A stretch of DNA of 61,503 nt, the filler included. It is 3 parts of 3 records of this genome, joined end to end, with 100 filler letters (N's around TTAATTAATTAA, not from the genome) between each part and the next. Parts side by side here need not be neighbours in the genome. Positions count along the whole stretch, not along the records: positions 1 to 27,377 come from SRR20825019_2604; positions 27,478 to 34,997 come from SRR20825019_2612; 1 more part is not named here. The stretch is one strand, 5' to 3'. Below are positions 21,585-30,500 of the stretch, in pieces. Under the pieces are notes generated by a model, which saw nothing but the letters and a program-made list of their open reading frames with translations, did not search any database and was not told the origin of the DNA. The position numbers were made by a program, and so were the translations under genes. Within the stretch, counting starts at the first letter, position 1, and every line of letters starts with the position of its first letter.

Positions 21585-22126
21585 CCGCCTACTACTCCAC
21601 GTTCGATACGCCCCTCGGCCCCTTCTCTGTCGCCGTCAATGAGCAGCACGCCATCGTCGCCACCGCTTTCGGCAAACTCCCTTCCCTCAAAACGCGCCTA
21701 CGCGAATGTCACTTAATAAGTGACGTTTTAAAAGCCAGTTCTCCGAGGGAATGTCACTTAATAGGTGACATCTTGCAGACAAAGGAGGTGCGCCGGCAGG
21801 TGGACGACTATTTTTCGGGAAAGCGGAAGAGTTTTGATCTCCCACTCGCTGCGAGGGGGACGGATTTCCAACACTCAGTTTGGAAAGCACTGGTCAAGAT
21901 CCCCTATGGAGAGACCGTCAGCTATGGTGAAATTGCGGCGCAATTGAAACGACCCAAAGCTGCGCGCGCCGTCGGACGGGCGAATGGGACCAATCCCATT
22001 TGCCTGATCGTGCCGTGTCATCGTGTGATCGGAGCGGATGGCTCACTCACCGGTTTCGCGTTCGGAGAAGCCATCAAAGCAAAGCTCCTGCGCCACGAAG
22101 GCGCATTAGCTGCGAGCCTCGTTTAG
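21581..22126 (+). CDS. ogt: Methylated-DNA--protein-cysteine methyltransferase
   Basis: [30 protein letters not shown], active-site PCHRV; ATGA overlap with alkA. Confidence 0.95.
   Translation: MTAYYSTFDTPLGPFSVAVNEQHAIVATAFGKLPSLKTRLRECHLISDVLKASSPRECHLIGDILQTKEVRRQVDDYFSGKRKSFDLPLAARGTDFQHSVWKALVKIPYGETVSYGEIAAQLKRPKAARAVGRANGTNPICLIVPCHRVIGADGSLTGFAFGEAIKAKLLRHEGALAASLV
21704..21772. repeat. Two copies of a 21-bp palindrome inside ogt, 45 bp apart
   Basis: ATGTCACTTA-A-TAAGTGACGT (21706-21726) and ATGTCACTTA-A-TAGGTGACAT (21751-21771), encoding RECHLISD and RECHLIGD. Confidence 0.9.
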
Positions 22127-22756
22127 AGCCACGACAAACTGTTTGAGCTTCTCGTGATCCTTCACGCCGGGAGCCGTCTCGACCCCACTGTTAATGTCGA
22201 CGAAACGGGCTTCGCTCTGCTTGAGAACCTCAGCGACGTTATGGGGACCAATGCCTCCGGCCAACACCCAGGTATTTCCGGGATGGTTCTGCTGGTGCCG
22301 GGCAAACTTCCCCCAATCGCCCGTCTTTCCGGAACCGCCGAATTCATTTTTGGAAAAGGTATCGATCAGAAAGGTCTTCGCGAGCGACAGCCATTCGACG
22401 GGCACATCCATGTCCGGAGGGAGTTTGGGAGCGAGCCACAGACGTTCCGGTGTCACGAGTTCGCTCCATGCCTGGATCGTTTCCAATGGCGTCTCAGCCA
22501 CAAAATGAATCTGAAACGCGTCAAACCCGGCGACTTTCATCTCAGCCAATTCCGCCAATGTTGGGGCCACGATAATCGCGATCTTCCGCCGATCCGGTAA
22601 ATTCTTCGCGAGGGCACGATATTGCTCCAAGGTGACGTGACGCGGCGACTGGGGATAAAGATTAAATCCCAGGTAATCAGCCCCACACTTATCCGCGCAC
22701 TCCACATCCACCAGTGAAGTTAATCCGCAGACTTTGAAACGAATTCCCGCGATCAT
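22106..22756 (-). CDS. trpF: Phosphoribosylanthranilate isomerase
   Basis: [23 protein letters not shown]...[34 protein letters not shown]. Confidence 0.93.
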   Translation of the reverse strand: MIAGIRFKVCGLTSLVDVECADKCGADYLGFNLYPQSPRHVTLEQYRALAKNLPDRRKIAIIVAPTLAELAEMKVAGFDAFQIHFVAETPLETIQAWSELVTPERLWLAPKLPPDMDVPVEWLSLAKTFLIDTFSKNEFGGSGKTGDWGKFARHQQNHPGNTWVLAGGIGPHNVAEVLKQSEARFVDINSGVETAPGVKDHEKLKQFVVALNEARS

Positions 22757-23856
22757 GATTCAGGAAAAGAGTTGATGCTCGCGATCACGTGATCGACTTG
22801 TGCGTCGGTCAGTTCAGGGAAGATGGGCAAACTGATACAGGTATCACTGGTGAGCTCCGAAATCGGAAAATCGCCCTTCGCATAGCCTAAATTCGCAAAG
22901 CACTTCTGCAAATGTAGTGGCACCGGATAAATCAAATCCGTGCCCACCTCACAGTTTGCAAGATGCTCGCGCAACGCATCGCGTCGCGGATGGCGCACTG
23001 TAAATTGATGAAACACACTGTCCCCATACGCCGGAGTCGCCGGAAAAAGAATATCCTGATTGGTGATGCCGACTCGATACCGGGCAGCGATCTCCTGACG
23101 ACGGGCGGTCCATTTCGCGAGATGCGGCAGTTTCACATTGAGAATGGCGGCTTGAAATCCATCCATCCGGAAGTTCCCTCCCACGATATCGTGATAGTAA
23201 CGACGATCCGAACCGTGCACGCGAATATGAGAGGCATGCGTATGCGTCATTTCATCACGCGCGACGAGCATGCCGCCTTCACCACAGGCACCGAGATTCT
23301 TGGTCGGATAGAAACTGAAAGTGCCGGCATCACCGATCTGTCCCACCGGCGTGCCTTGATAGCTTGCGCCGATCGCCTGCGCGCAGTCCTCGATCACGTA
23401 GAGCCCATGCTTTTGAGCAATAGCCATGATCTCATCCATTCGAGCGGGCTGTCCGAAGAGATGAACGACGATGAGGCCCTTCGTCTGCGGAGTAATCGCC
23501 GCTTCGATTTTGTTCGGATCGATATTGTAAGTGGATTCCTCGATATCGACGAAGACCGGTTTGGCTCCGACGTAGGAAATCCCCCAGGCTGAGGAAATGA
23601 ATGTGAATGGCGTGGTGATGACTTCATCGCCGGGAGCGAATCCCGCCATCATGCATGCCACGTGCAACGGCGCGGTGCCGCTATTCATCCCGAGTGCCCG
23701 CGGATAACCGAGCGTCTGCGCAAACGCCGATTCAAAATCCTGAACATCCTTCCCCAGACAAAAACGAGTCGCGTCGTAGGTCGAGGCCAGCGCAGCCAGC
23801 GCGTCTTCACGAATCGCCTGATGTTGTTGTCCGAGGTCGAGGAAAGGAACTTTCAT
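22753..23856 (-). CDS. DegT/DnrJ/EryC1/StrS family nucleotide-sugar aminotransferase
   Basis: VPFLDL, NSGT, VHLFGQ, IEDCAQA, FSFYPTKNLGACGEGG, SLPIFPEL. Confidence 0.92.
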   Translation of the reverse strand: MKVPFLDLGQQHQAIREDALAALASTYDATRFCLGKDVQDFESAFAQTLGYPRALGMNSGTAPLHVACMMAGFAPGDEVITTPFTFISSAWGISYVGAKPVFVDIEESTYNIDPNKIEAAITPQTKGLIVVHLFGQPARMDEIMAIAQKHGLYVIEDCAQAIGASYQGTPVGQIGDAGTFSFYPTKNLGACGEGGMLVARDEMTHTHASHIRVHGSDRRYYHDIVGGNFRMDGFQAAILNVKLPHLAKWTARRQEIAARYRVGITNQDILFPATPAYGDSVFHQFTVRHPRRDALREHLANCEVGTDLIYPVPLHLQKCFANLGYAKGDFPISELTSDTCISLPIFPELTDAQVDHVIASINSFPES

Positions 23857-24641
23857 GAGCCGATTTTTTTAACCAGTGCGGTGATCAGACTGTCGAGACT
23901 GGGTTTTTTCGCTTCGAAGGCGATCGCCATGCCGGTGGCGAGCATCGTCTCGCTGGTCAGCGGACCGATACTGCCGAGCAAAGGTTTCTTGGCGCTCGCT
24001 TCCAAAGTGAGCGCGCTCCCCTGATCCGCGTAGGATTGCACGGCCGAGGAACTGGCAAACAGCATGGCATCGGCTCCGTTTTTCCGGAAATCAGCAGCCG
24101 AGGCATCCTCGCTCAAATCGTTTTGCTCGGTTTTGTAAACCTGCAGTTGATCCACGATGGCCCGGGCCTCTTCCAATTTCGAGACAACCGTATCGCGATT
24201 CAGATTTCCCGTGATGACCAGCACCTTGGCACTATCGAGGCTATCCGTCGCGATCAGAGCTTCCGCGAGAGCTTCGCCGGTCGCGACCGCAGGCTGACAT
24301 TCCACTTTCAGATGCAATGCCTCAATCTCACGCGCGGTGCCTTCCCCGATACAGGCAAAGCGGATCAATCCCAGAGCGCGGATATCTTCAAAGAGTTCCC
24401 AGAACTGCTCGAAGAAAAACCGCACGCCGTTGGCACTGGTAAAGATCATCCAATCGTAGTTGCCGAGCTCGAGCATCGTATCGGCCAGATTCTGCTTGGA
24501 GATTTCCTTACTGATCTTGATGAGCGGCAGTTCGACGGGTTCGGCCCCGAGAGCCTCGAGCTTTTCAGCCAATTCCGAAGCCTGTTCGCGAGCGCGGGTG
24601 ATCGCGATGCGACGTCCGGTGAGAGTTTGTTTTTTACTCAT
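23853..24641 (-). CDS. hemD: Uroporphyrinogen-III synthase
   Basis: ITRAREQA, IFTSANGV, VYKT, FASSSAV, SIGPLT; downstream of hemC. Confidence 0.92.
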   Translation of the reverse strand: MSKKQTLTGRRIAITRAREQASELAEKLEALGAEPVELPLIKISKEISKQNLADTMLELGNYDWMIFTSANGVRFFFEQFWELFEDIRALGLIRFACIGEGTAREIEALHLKVECQPAVATGEALAEALIATDSLDSAKVLVITGNLNRDTVVSKLEEARAIVDQLQVYKTEQNDLSEDASAADFRKNGADAMLFASSSAVQSYADQGSALTLEASAKKPLLGSIGPLTSETMLATGMAIAFEAKKPSLDSLITALVKKIGS

Positions 24642-25498
24642 ATCAGTCCCAATCCTTTGAGAATTTTTTCCGCCGTATCTTTCGGCGCATTGAAGTCGGA
24701 ATCATCGAGTGGTAATGTTCGCAGCCCGACATGTTCGTGAAAGAGGAACAGCGTATCGTCGATGGCATGGGCCGCAAATGCGGTGTGGCACCCCGCCCCA
24801 AGAGCCGCTTGGAACGCGCGCTCGATTCGGACGTGTTTGGCCGTGGCGGCATCGAATAAGGGTGCCAGTTTGCCGGCATCCTCGAACCGCGTCTGAATCG
24901 CGATGGCCCCCTGCCCGACGGCCGGAACCATCTGCCCCTGCTCAAGACGGTGAAAATCAAGACCGGGCCACTCGCCGATCCCCAGGCGCGATAAACCGGC
25001 CGCGGCCAGGACCGTGCCATCGGCCACCTGTTCTTTGGAAATTTTATTGAGACGAGTATCCACATTCCCGCGAATTTCGCAGAATTCGAGTTCCGGGAAT
25101 AGCATCTGCAACTGCCAGCGACGACGCGGACTGCCCGTCGCGAGCTTCGTCGGTGTAGTGATCCCCTGGCGGAGGACCAGCACATCGCGCGGATCGGCCC
25201 GCGGCAAGTAACCCGCGATCATCAATCCCTCCGGCATTTCGCCGGGTAAATCTTTCGTGCTGTGCACGGCAAGATCGACTTCCTTGTTCAAGAGCGCCGT
25301 TTCGAGTTCGCTGGTAAAAAGGCCTTTGCCGCCCTTCTTCTCAAGCGACCATTCGGTTTGACGGTCACCGGTCGTCACGAATTTTTGCAGTTCTACCTCC
25401 ACCTTTAATTGCGCGGAAAGATGCGCCGCGACCATCTCGCTTTGGGCAAGCGCCAATGGACTTTTTCGGGTAGCGAGAATCAATTTACGGTCAGACAC
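24638..25498 (-). CDS. hemC: Hydroxymethylbilane synthase
   Basis: ATRKSPLALAQ, GKGLFTSELE, AVHSTKDLP, IRGNVDTRL, PAVGQGA, LGAGC. GTG start at 25498 inferred. Confidence 0.93.
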   Translation of the reverse strand: MSDRKLILATRKSPLALAQSEMVAAHLSAQLKVEVELQKFVTTGDRQTEWSLEKKGGKGLFTSELETALLNKEVDLAVHSTKDLPGEMPEGLMIAGYLPRADPRDVLVLRQGITTPTKLATGSPRRRWQLQMLFPELEFCEIRGNVDTRLNKISKEQVADGTVLAAAGLSRLGIGEWPGLDFHRLEQGQMVPAVGQGAIAIQTRFEDAGKLAPLFDAATAKHVRIERAFQAALGAGCHTAFAAHAIDDTLFLFHEHVGLRTLPLDDSDFNAPKDTAEKILKGLGLI

Positions 25499-25523
25499 GG
25501 GATTAAACGTAGTGTGTTCGGGC

Positions 25524-25571
25524 CTAAAAACAAGAATCGGCACCAACGGGCAATGCCATCGGTGCCGATTC
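25524..25571 (-). terminator. Probable Rho-independent terminator downstream of ilvC
   Basis: 11-bp stem GAATCGGCACC/GGTGCCGATTC (25534-25571), followed on the minus strand by TTGTTTTT. Confidence 0.7.
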
Positions 25572-25574
25572 GCA

Positions 25575-25626
25575 GTAGGGGTGCCGCTTGACGGCACCCG
25601 CGGGCGTCGTCAAGCGACGCCCCTAC
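25575..25626. repeat. Inverted pair of GTAG-type REP sequences (second family)
   Basis: GTAG-GGGTGCCG-CTTGA-CGGCACCC (25575-25599) and, on the minus strand, GTAG-GGGCGTCG-CTTGA-CGACGCCC (25602-25626). Confidence 0.85.
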
Positions 25627-25637
25627 GGAAAACAAGC

Positions 25638-26666
25638 TTAAGCGTAGGAAGCCTGGGCACCTTTGATGTTCTTCTTGGTCATCCAAGGCATCATGCTGCG
25701 CAGACGGGCACCGGTCTTTTCGATCTGATGCTTTTCGCCGTCCTTGAGGAGCTTGTTGTAGTTCTTAAGGCCACCCTTGTGCTCCTTCACCCATTCCTTG
25801 GTGAACTTGCCGGTCTGGATTTCCTTCAGGATCTTCTTCATCTCCTTCTTGGTGTTCTTGTTGATCACACGAGGACCGCGGGTGATGTCGCCATACTTGG
25901 CGGTTTCGGAAATCGAGAAACGCATGCCGGCGATGCCGGATTCATACATCAGATCACAGATGAGCTTGAGCTCGTGGAGACACTCGAAATAAGCCATCTC
26001 GGGCTGGTAACCCGCTTCAACGAGAGTTTCGAATCCAGCTTGAACGAGAGCGGATGCACCACCGCAAAGCACGGCTTGCTCACCGAAGAGATCGGTTTCG
26101 CACTCTTCCTTGAAGGTCGTTTCGAGGACGCCCGCGCGGGTCGATCCGATCCCCTTCGCCCATGCGAGAGAAATCTTTTTGGCCTGACGGGTTTTGTTTT
26201 GGTAAACGGCGATGAGGGCAGGCATGCCCTTACCTTCGACGTAGAGACGACGCACCATGTGGCCGGGACCCTTTGGAGCGACCATGATCACGTCGACATC
26301 GGCCGGAGGTTTGATGAGATCGAAGTGGACCGCCAAACCGTGAGAGAACACGAGGCACTGGCCCTTCTTGAGATTAGGAGCGATGTCCTTCTCGTAGACG
26401 TCAGCCTGCACCATGTCCGGCAGAGCGACCATGATGACATCGGCGCGTTTCACTGCTTCGGCCGTGTCGTAAACCTTCAGACCATGGTCTTCGGCGACTT
26501 TGCGTGATTTGCTCGCTGCGTAGAGACCGATGATGACCTCGCAGCCGCTTTCCTTAAGGTTCAACGCGTGAGCGTGACCTTGGGAACCGTAACCAATAAT
26601 GGCCAGGGTCTTCTTTTTGAATACGCCGAGATCGGCGTTTTTGTCGGTGTAGACTTTAGCAGGCAT
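25638..26666 (-). CDS. ilvC: Ketol-acid reductoisomerase
   Basis: [50 protein letters not shown]. Confidence 0.97.
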   Translation of the reverse strand: MPAKVYTDKNADLGVFKKKTLAIIGYGSQGHAHALNLKESGCEVIIGLYAASKSRKVAEDHGLKVYDTAEAVKRADVIMVALPDMVQADVYEKDIAPNLKKGQCLVFSHGLAVHFDLIKPPADVDVIMVAPKGPGHMVRRLYVEGKGMPALIAVYQNKTRQAKKISLAWAKGIGSTRAGVLETTFKEECETDLFGEQAVLCGGASALVQAGFETLVEAGYQPEMAYFECLHELKLICDLMYESGIAGMRFSISETAKYGDITRGPRVINKNTKKEMKKILKEIQTGKFTKEWVKEHKGGLKNYNKLLKDGEKHQIEKTGARLRSMMPWMTKKNIKGAQASYA

Positions 26667-26708
26667 GATAAAAACAGACTGAGGGTTAAACGTTAGAGGG
26701 TTTTGAAA

Positions 26709-27179
26709 TTATCGCTTAAGAGCAAGACGTCCTGTGCGGGCCAATTCAAGAATGCCGAAAGGTTCGAGTAAACGCAGGAAGGCGCTGATTTTTCCGTCAT
26801 CTCCGGTGCATTCGATCATCAGATCGTTTTGACCAAGATTCACAATTTTCGCGCGAAAGATATCTTTGATTTGGAGAAGCTCGGAGCGGGTCCGCGAATC
26901 CGCCTTCACTTTGACGAGCACCAATTCACGGACGACAGCGGCACCTTCGAGGAAGTCGATGACTTCCACGACATTGATCAGCTTGCGGAGCTGTTTAATG
27001 CAGAGATCCAAGGCCCGATCATCGCCATTGAGCACGGCAGTGATTCGAGACAGTGTATCGTCATGCGTGGGCGCGACGTTGAGTGAGTCGATGTTGAACC
27101 CGCGACCGGAAAACATTCCGGCCACCCGAGCCAAGACGCCGAACTTATTCTCAACGAGGACTGAGATCGTATGTCGCAT
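26709..27179 (-). CDS. ilvN: Acetolactate synthase small (regulatory) subunit
   Basis: MRHTISVLVENKFGVLARVAGMFSGRGFNIDSL, KQLRKLINV, RELVLVKV, ELARTG. Confidence 0.95.
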   Translation of the reverse strand: MRHTISVLVENKFGVLARVAGMFSGRGFNIDSLNVAPTHDDTLSRITAVLNGDDRALDLCIKQLRKLINVVEVIDFLEGAAVVRELVLVKVKADSRTRSELLQIKDIFRAKIVNLGQNDLMIECTGDDGKISAFLRLLEPFGILELARTGRLALKR

Positions 27180-27322
27180 GATATATTTTGTAAGGAAGTT
27201 TCTAGCTTTCCCCGGGGCGAATGCGCCAGTCGAAGCTCACAGCGGAAATCCGGCCCACCTCCGCCCGGGAATTCCAAGCTTCGGAAGACAACCATCACTC
27301 TCGCTGTGTCGCGAGCGATGGC

Positions 27323-27377
27323 TGGTGGACGCTGAGGGACTCGAACCCCCGACCCTCTCGGTGTAAACGAGATGCTC
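27323..27377 (-). tRNA. tRNA-Val(TAC), 5' part missing at contig end
   Basis: Minus strand reads GAGCA-TCTCG-TTTACAC-CGAGA-GGGTC-GGGGGTTCGAGTCCCT-CAGCGTCC-ACCA: anticodon arm with TAC, T-arm, encoded CCA. Confidence 0.92.
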
Positions 27378-27477
27378 NNNNNNNNNNNNNNNNNNNNNNN
27401 NNNNNNNNNNNNNNNNNNNNNTTAATTAATTAANNNNNNNNNNNNNNNNNNNNNNNNNNNNNNNNNNNNNNNNNNNN
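27378..27477. other. Artificial contig spacer
   Basis: N44 + TTAATTAATTAA (stops in all six frames) + N44. Confidence 0.99.
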
Positions 27478-27567
27478 CCCCCCCCCCCCCCCCCCCCCCC
27501 GGGGCCCACCCAGCATTGAGCCCACCACATCAGCACACGCTGAAATATATTCGCAGAAATTATTTAC

Positions 27568-30500
27568 ATGAAGTCATACCCTGCCGCAAGACTGAAGATA
27601 GCTATGTCTCGACTTGCTCTAGTGGTTTTTGCACTTTCAACTTTGGCGATGTGCGCAATGGCTGCCGAGCCTATGGCTGACGGCGTCGGGTGGCGCATCT
27701 GCGGGTACAACTTCAACGCAAGAAACTCATATTGGAATTGGAACAGAGCCGGCAGCGTTCAGACTACCATCTATAACACGCGGGATGGATGGTCCAAGTT
27801 CATGGGCGGACTTGACTCCCAGCCTCGTTTCTGTGTGTACTACGATAGCGTCGACTTCAGTCACGGACAGTTCCCTCCCGAGCTCTACAACACCGTTGGT
27901 CACTCGAAGTTCGTGGTCCAGGGCACTGGGGTCTTCAGTGCTCCCGCCGCCGGCACGTATGAGTGGAAACTCTGCGGTGATGACGGTGTCCTTCTGATCA
28001 TTGACGGCGAAGTCATCTCATCCAAATCCTGGCGGCAGCAGGGTCGTCGTTGCTACACGGAGTCGACACACCTCGAGGCCGGTTCGCATCAGATCGAGAC
28101 GGTGATGTATGAGTGGCACGGCAAGGAGGTCTGGCAGCTTTACGGAGGACCCGGCAACGACCTAAATACCCCAATGAAGATTATGAGCGCGCCTGTCCAG
28201 GGTGTGTGCTATGATGGAAACAAGTACTTTACTCTCGGCGAGGCCCACGGCATGACGACGGCGACCGACTGCCAGAGCGACGCGATGACCGTCCCCGAGT
28301 GGGCCACCCTCGCACCCAACGATCAGACCTCACAGTCTGTCGTGACCGGAAGCTACTTCGGAACCGAGTGCGCCGTGCTGGCAGACGGATCGGCGATCAA
28401 GACTGCTTCTGCCCTGCCCACCGGTGCCTCATCGCAGCCTGTGGAGCTCGATGATGAGCACACCACCATCAAGAAGACAACGACTTCATCCCATCTCGCT
28501 TCTGTGCCGCTTGCCGACACACACACCACTGTGGAGCTCGTCTCGGCAAACTTTGCTGGCGTCACCGGTCACTCTACATTTGTTTATAGAGTCACGGTCG
28601 GATCTGCTGGCTCCACTGTCAACCACTGGACCCTTGGCATTGGTGCGGGTTGCACCATTATCCGTGAGTCTACTGACTTCAACATCTTGAGCTATGGAAT
28701 CGACCCCGCAAGTGGACTGCCGGGCGTCCGTGCCGCCAAGTCCGCCGCCCCCGGCTCCAGCTACGACATCACCTTAACTCTGTGGCTTGATCAGACGTCA
28801 ACCTCTTCCATTCCATTCTCCGTGGCTACCGATAGCACAAGCGCGATCGGATCCGTCGCCGGACCCCTCTGCGGATCGGCTGCTCCTTCTGTCATCACGA
28901 CCAACTCCATGTCGGCCTCTGCTGACTGCGGCAGCAACATGCTCATGGGTGATGCCTCCGGATACTCGGCCAGCTGTAGCGATGGCACCGCGCGCCGTGT
29001 TCTCGCCGTGAAGACCGGATGCGATCCTGGAGACATCGACATGGCCTCGCCCGTCATCTCCAACTTTGTCACCTTCGGTGGGATGCGCTACGCTACCCTC
29101 GACAACGCCGATCCGAATGCCGTGAACCGCGATGGGTGCCACGGGTCCATCTCGACTATTCCTAACGGTTGGTCCATTGCCGAGTACAATGATGACTCCG
29201 CCATGGTGAACTATATGGGTGGCTCCAATGCCAAGGTAAGCCTGACCTCCCCCAGTGTGTTTGTGAATGCCATTCGATCTAACGCCCGCCCGCGCAGTTT
29301 GGTACCGGGTGCCTCATTTATGCTGATGGCGTCGGTCGCTCCAACAAGTTTGGTGAATTCAACGGAGTGTGCGCCAGCAACGCCATCGAGGTCCTGCCGG
29401 TTCCCGAGGGCTCTCTCCTGCGAGTGTTCAACCACTGGTGCCCCGCTCGCATCCTCATCTCCCAGCCCGCCCCCGCTGGTGAGAGTGACTCCTTCTCCTT
29501 CGAGCACACATCCGCCTTCCCCGCGACCCGGGCTGTGGCTGGCTTTCACTACGCTTCTCTCGATGGTGCCCCCGTGGCCGGTAGTGATGTTGGTTGCCAG
29601 ACCCAGCCGTTCACGATCCCGGACGGGTGGGAGATTGTACCGGAGCCGACGACGCAGCTCAACTCTGTCCAGCGCTTCCATTCGTTCCAGACCGAGTGCC
29701 TCGTGACCGCCACCGGTGAGGGTGTCACGGCGTTCGGCAGCTGCGGCAACGGCATGCTCTTCAGTCACACTGCTGGCGGCAAGACATTCTACATGGTAAA
29801 CTCCTGCAACGCTCGCGTCGTCATCCGTAAGGCCGAAGTGATCGACCACAGCTCCCTCTTCGAGCCCTGCGGAGTCTGCACTGGCTGGGGTGATCCCCAC
29901 ATGACCACCTTCGATGGCACCCGTTACGATTCGTATGGCGAGGAGTCGATCGTCCGTGCCGTCACCGTGAACCCTATGTACGATACCTGCGCCGATTATG
30001 ACCAGCCTTCGTGGATGTGCAACTTCAATATTTGGGCCTGGCAGGTCCCCCTCCGCCACGTTGCCACTAACAAGGCGGTCTTGGTGCGCCACGTCCGTGC
30101 CGATGGATACGCTGAGGGAATCCAGGTCATTCTTGGTGAGTCTGTTAAGTGCCTTGGGATTTGAGCAGCATCTGACATCATTCCACAGAGGATCATACCA
30201 ATCCTGACCGCAGCGTCCCGCCCGTGTTGAAGATCAACAACGTGTTGACCCCGCTTGACTTTGGCGACGACGAGATCACCACCCTGGCCGGCGCCGTCAT
30301 TAGCCGTGTGAAGGGCCGTCGCAACAGGAACGCGTGGAGGATCGTCCTCCCCAACAGCGTCGTGGTTGAGGTGACACACGGCTACTGGAGGCAGCATCTT
30401 CTTGACTACGTCATCACCCTCCCCAAGCTCTTCGCTGGCGCCAACACCGTTTACGGCCTGTGCAGCGACTGTGATGGCACTCACAAGAATGACTATTACT

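Noticed and set aside
21704-21772. Possible mini-CRISPR (repeat-spacer-repeat)
   Set aside because: Only two units, inside an intact ORF, with no leader or cas genes; kept as a palindrome finding instead.
25512-26507. 331-aa ORF antisense to ilvC (and similar ORFs opposite aspC, ffh and the helicase)
   Set aside because: Antisense shadows of conserved, codon-biased genes.
27422-27433. TTAATTAATTAA palindrome flanked by Ns (also 35042-35053)
   Set aside because: Identical synthetic linker used to join contigs; not biological.
27478-27500. C23 run at the start of contig 2 (also C14 at 54001)
   Set aside because: A homopolymer, not a telomeric repeat; likely an assembly break point or sequencing artefact.
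27377-27568. Horizontal transfer or integration of eukaryotic DNA at tRNA-Val
   Set aside because: The junction is an artificial spacer, so there is no evidence of physical linkage.
29298-29706. Apparent frameshifts or pseudogene in the large surface-protein gene
   Set aside because: Explained by canonical GT-AG introns with branch points that restore the frame.
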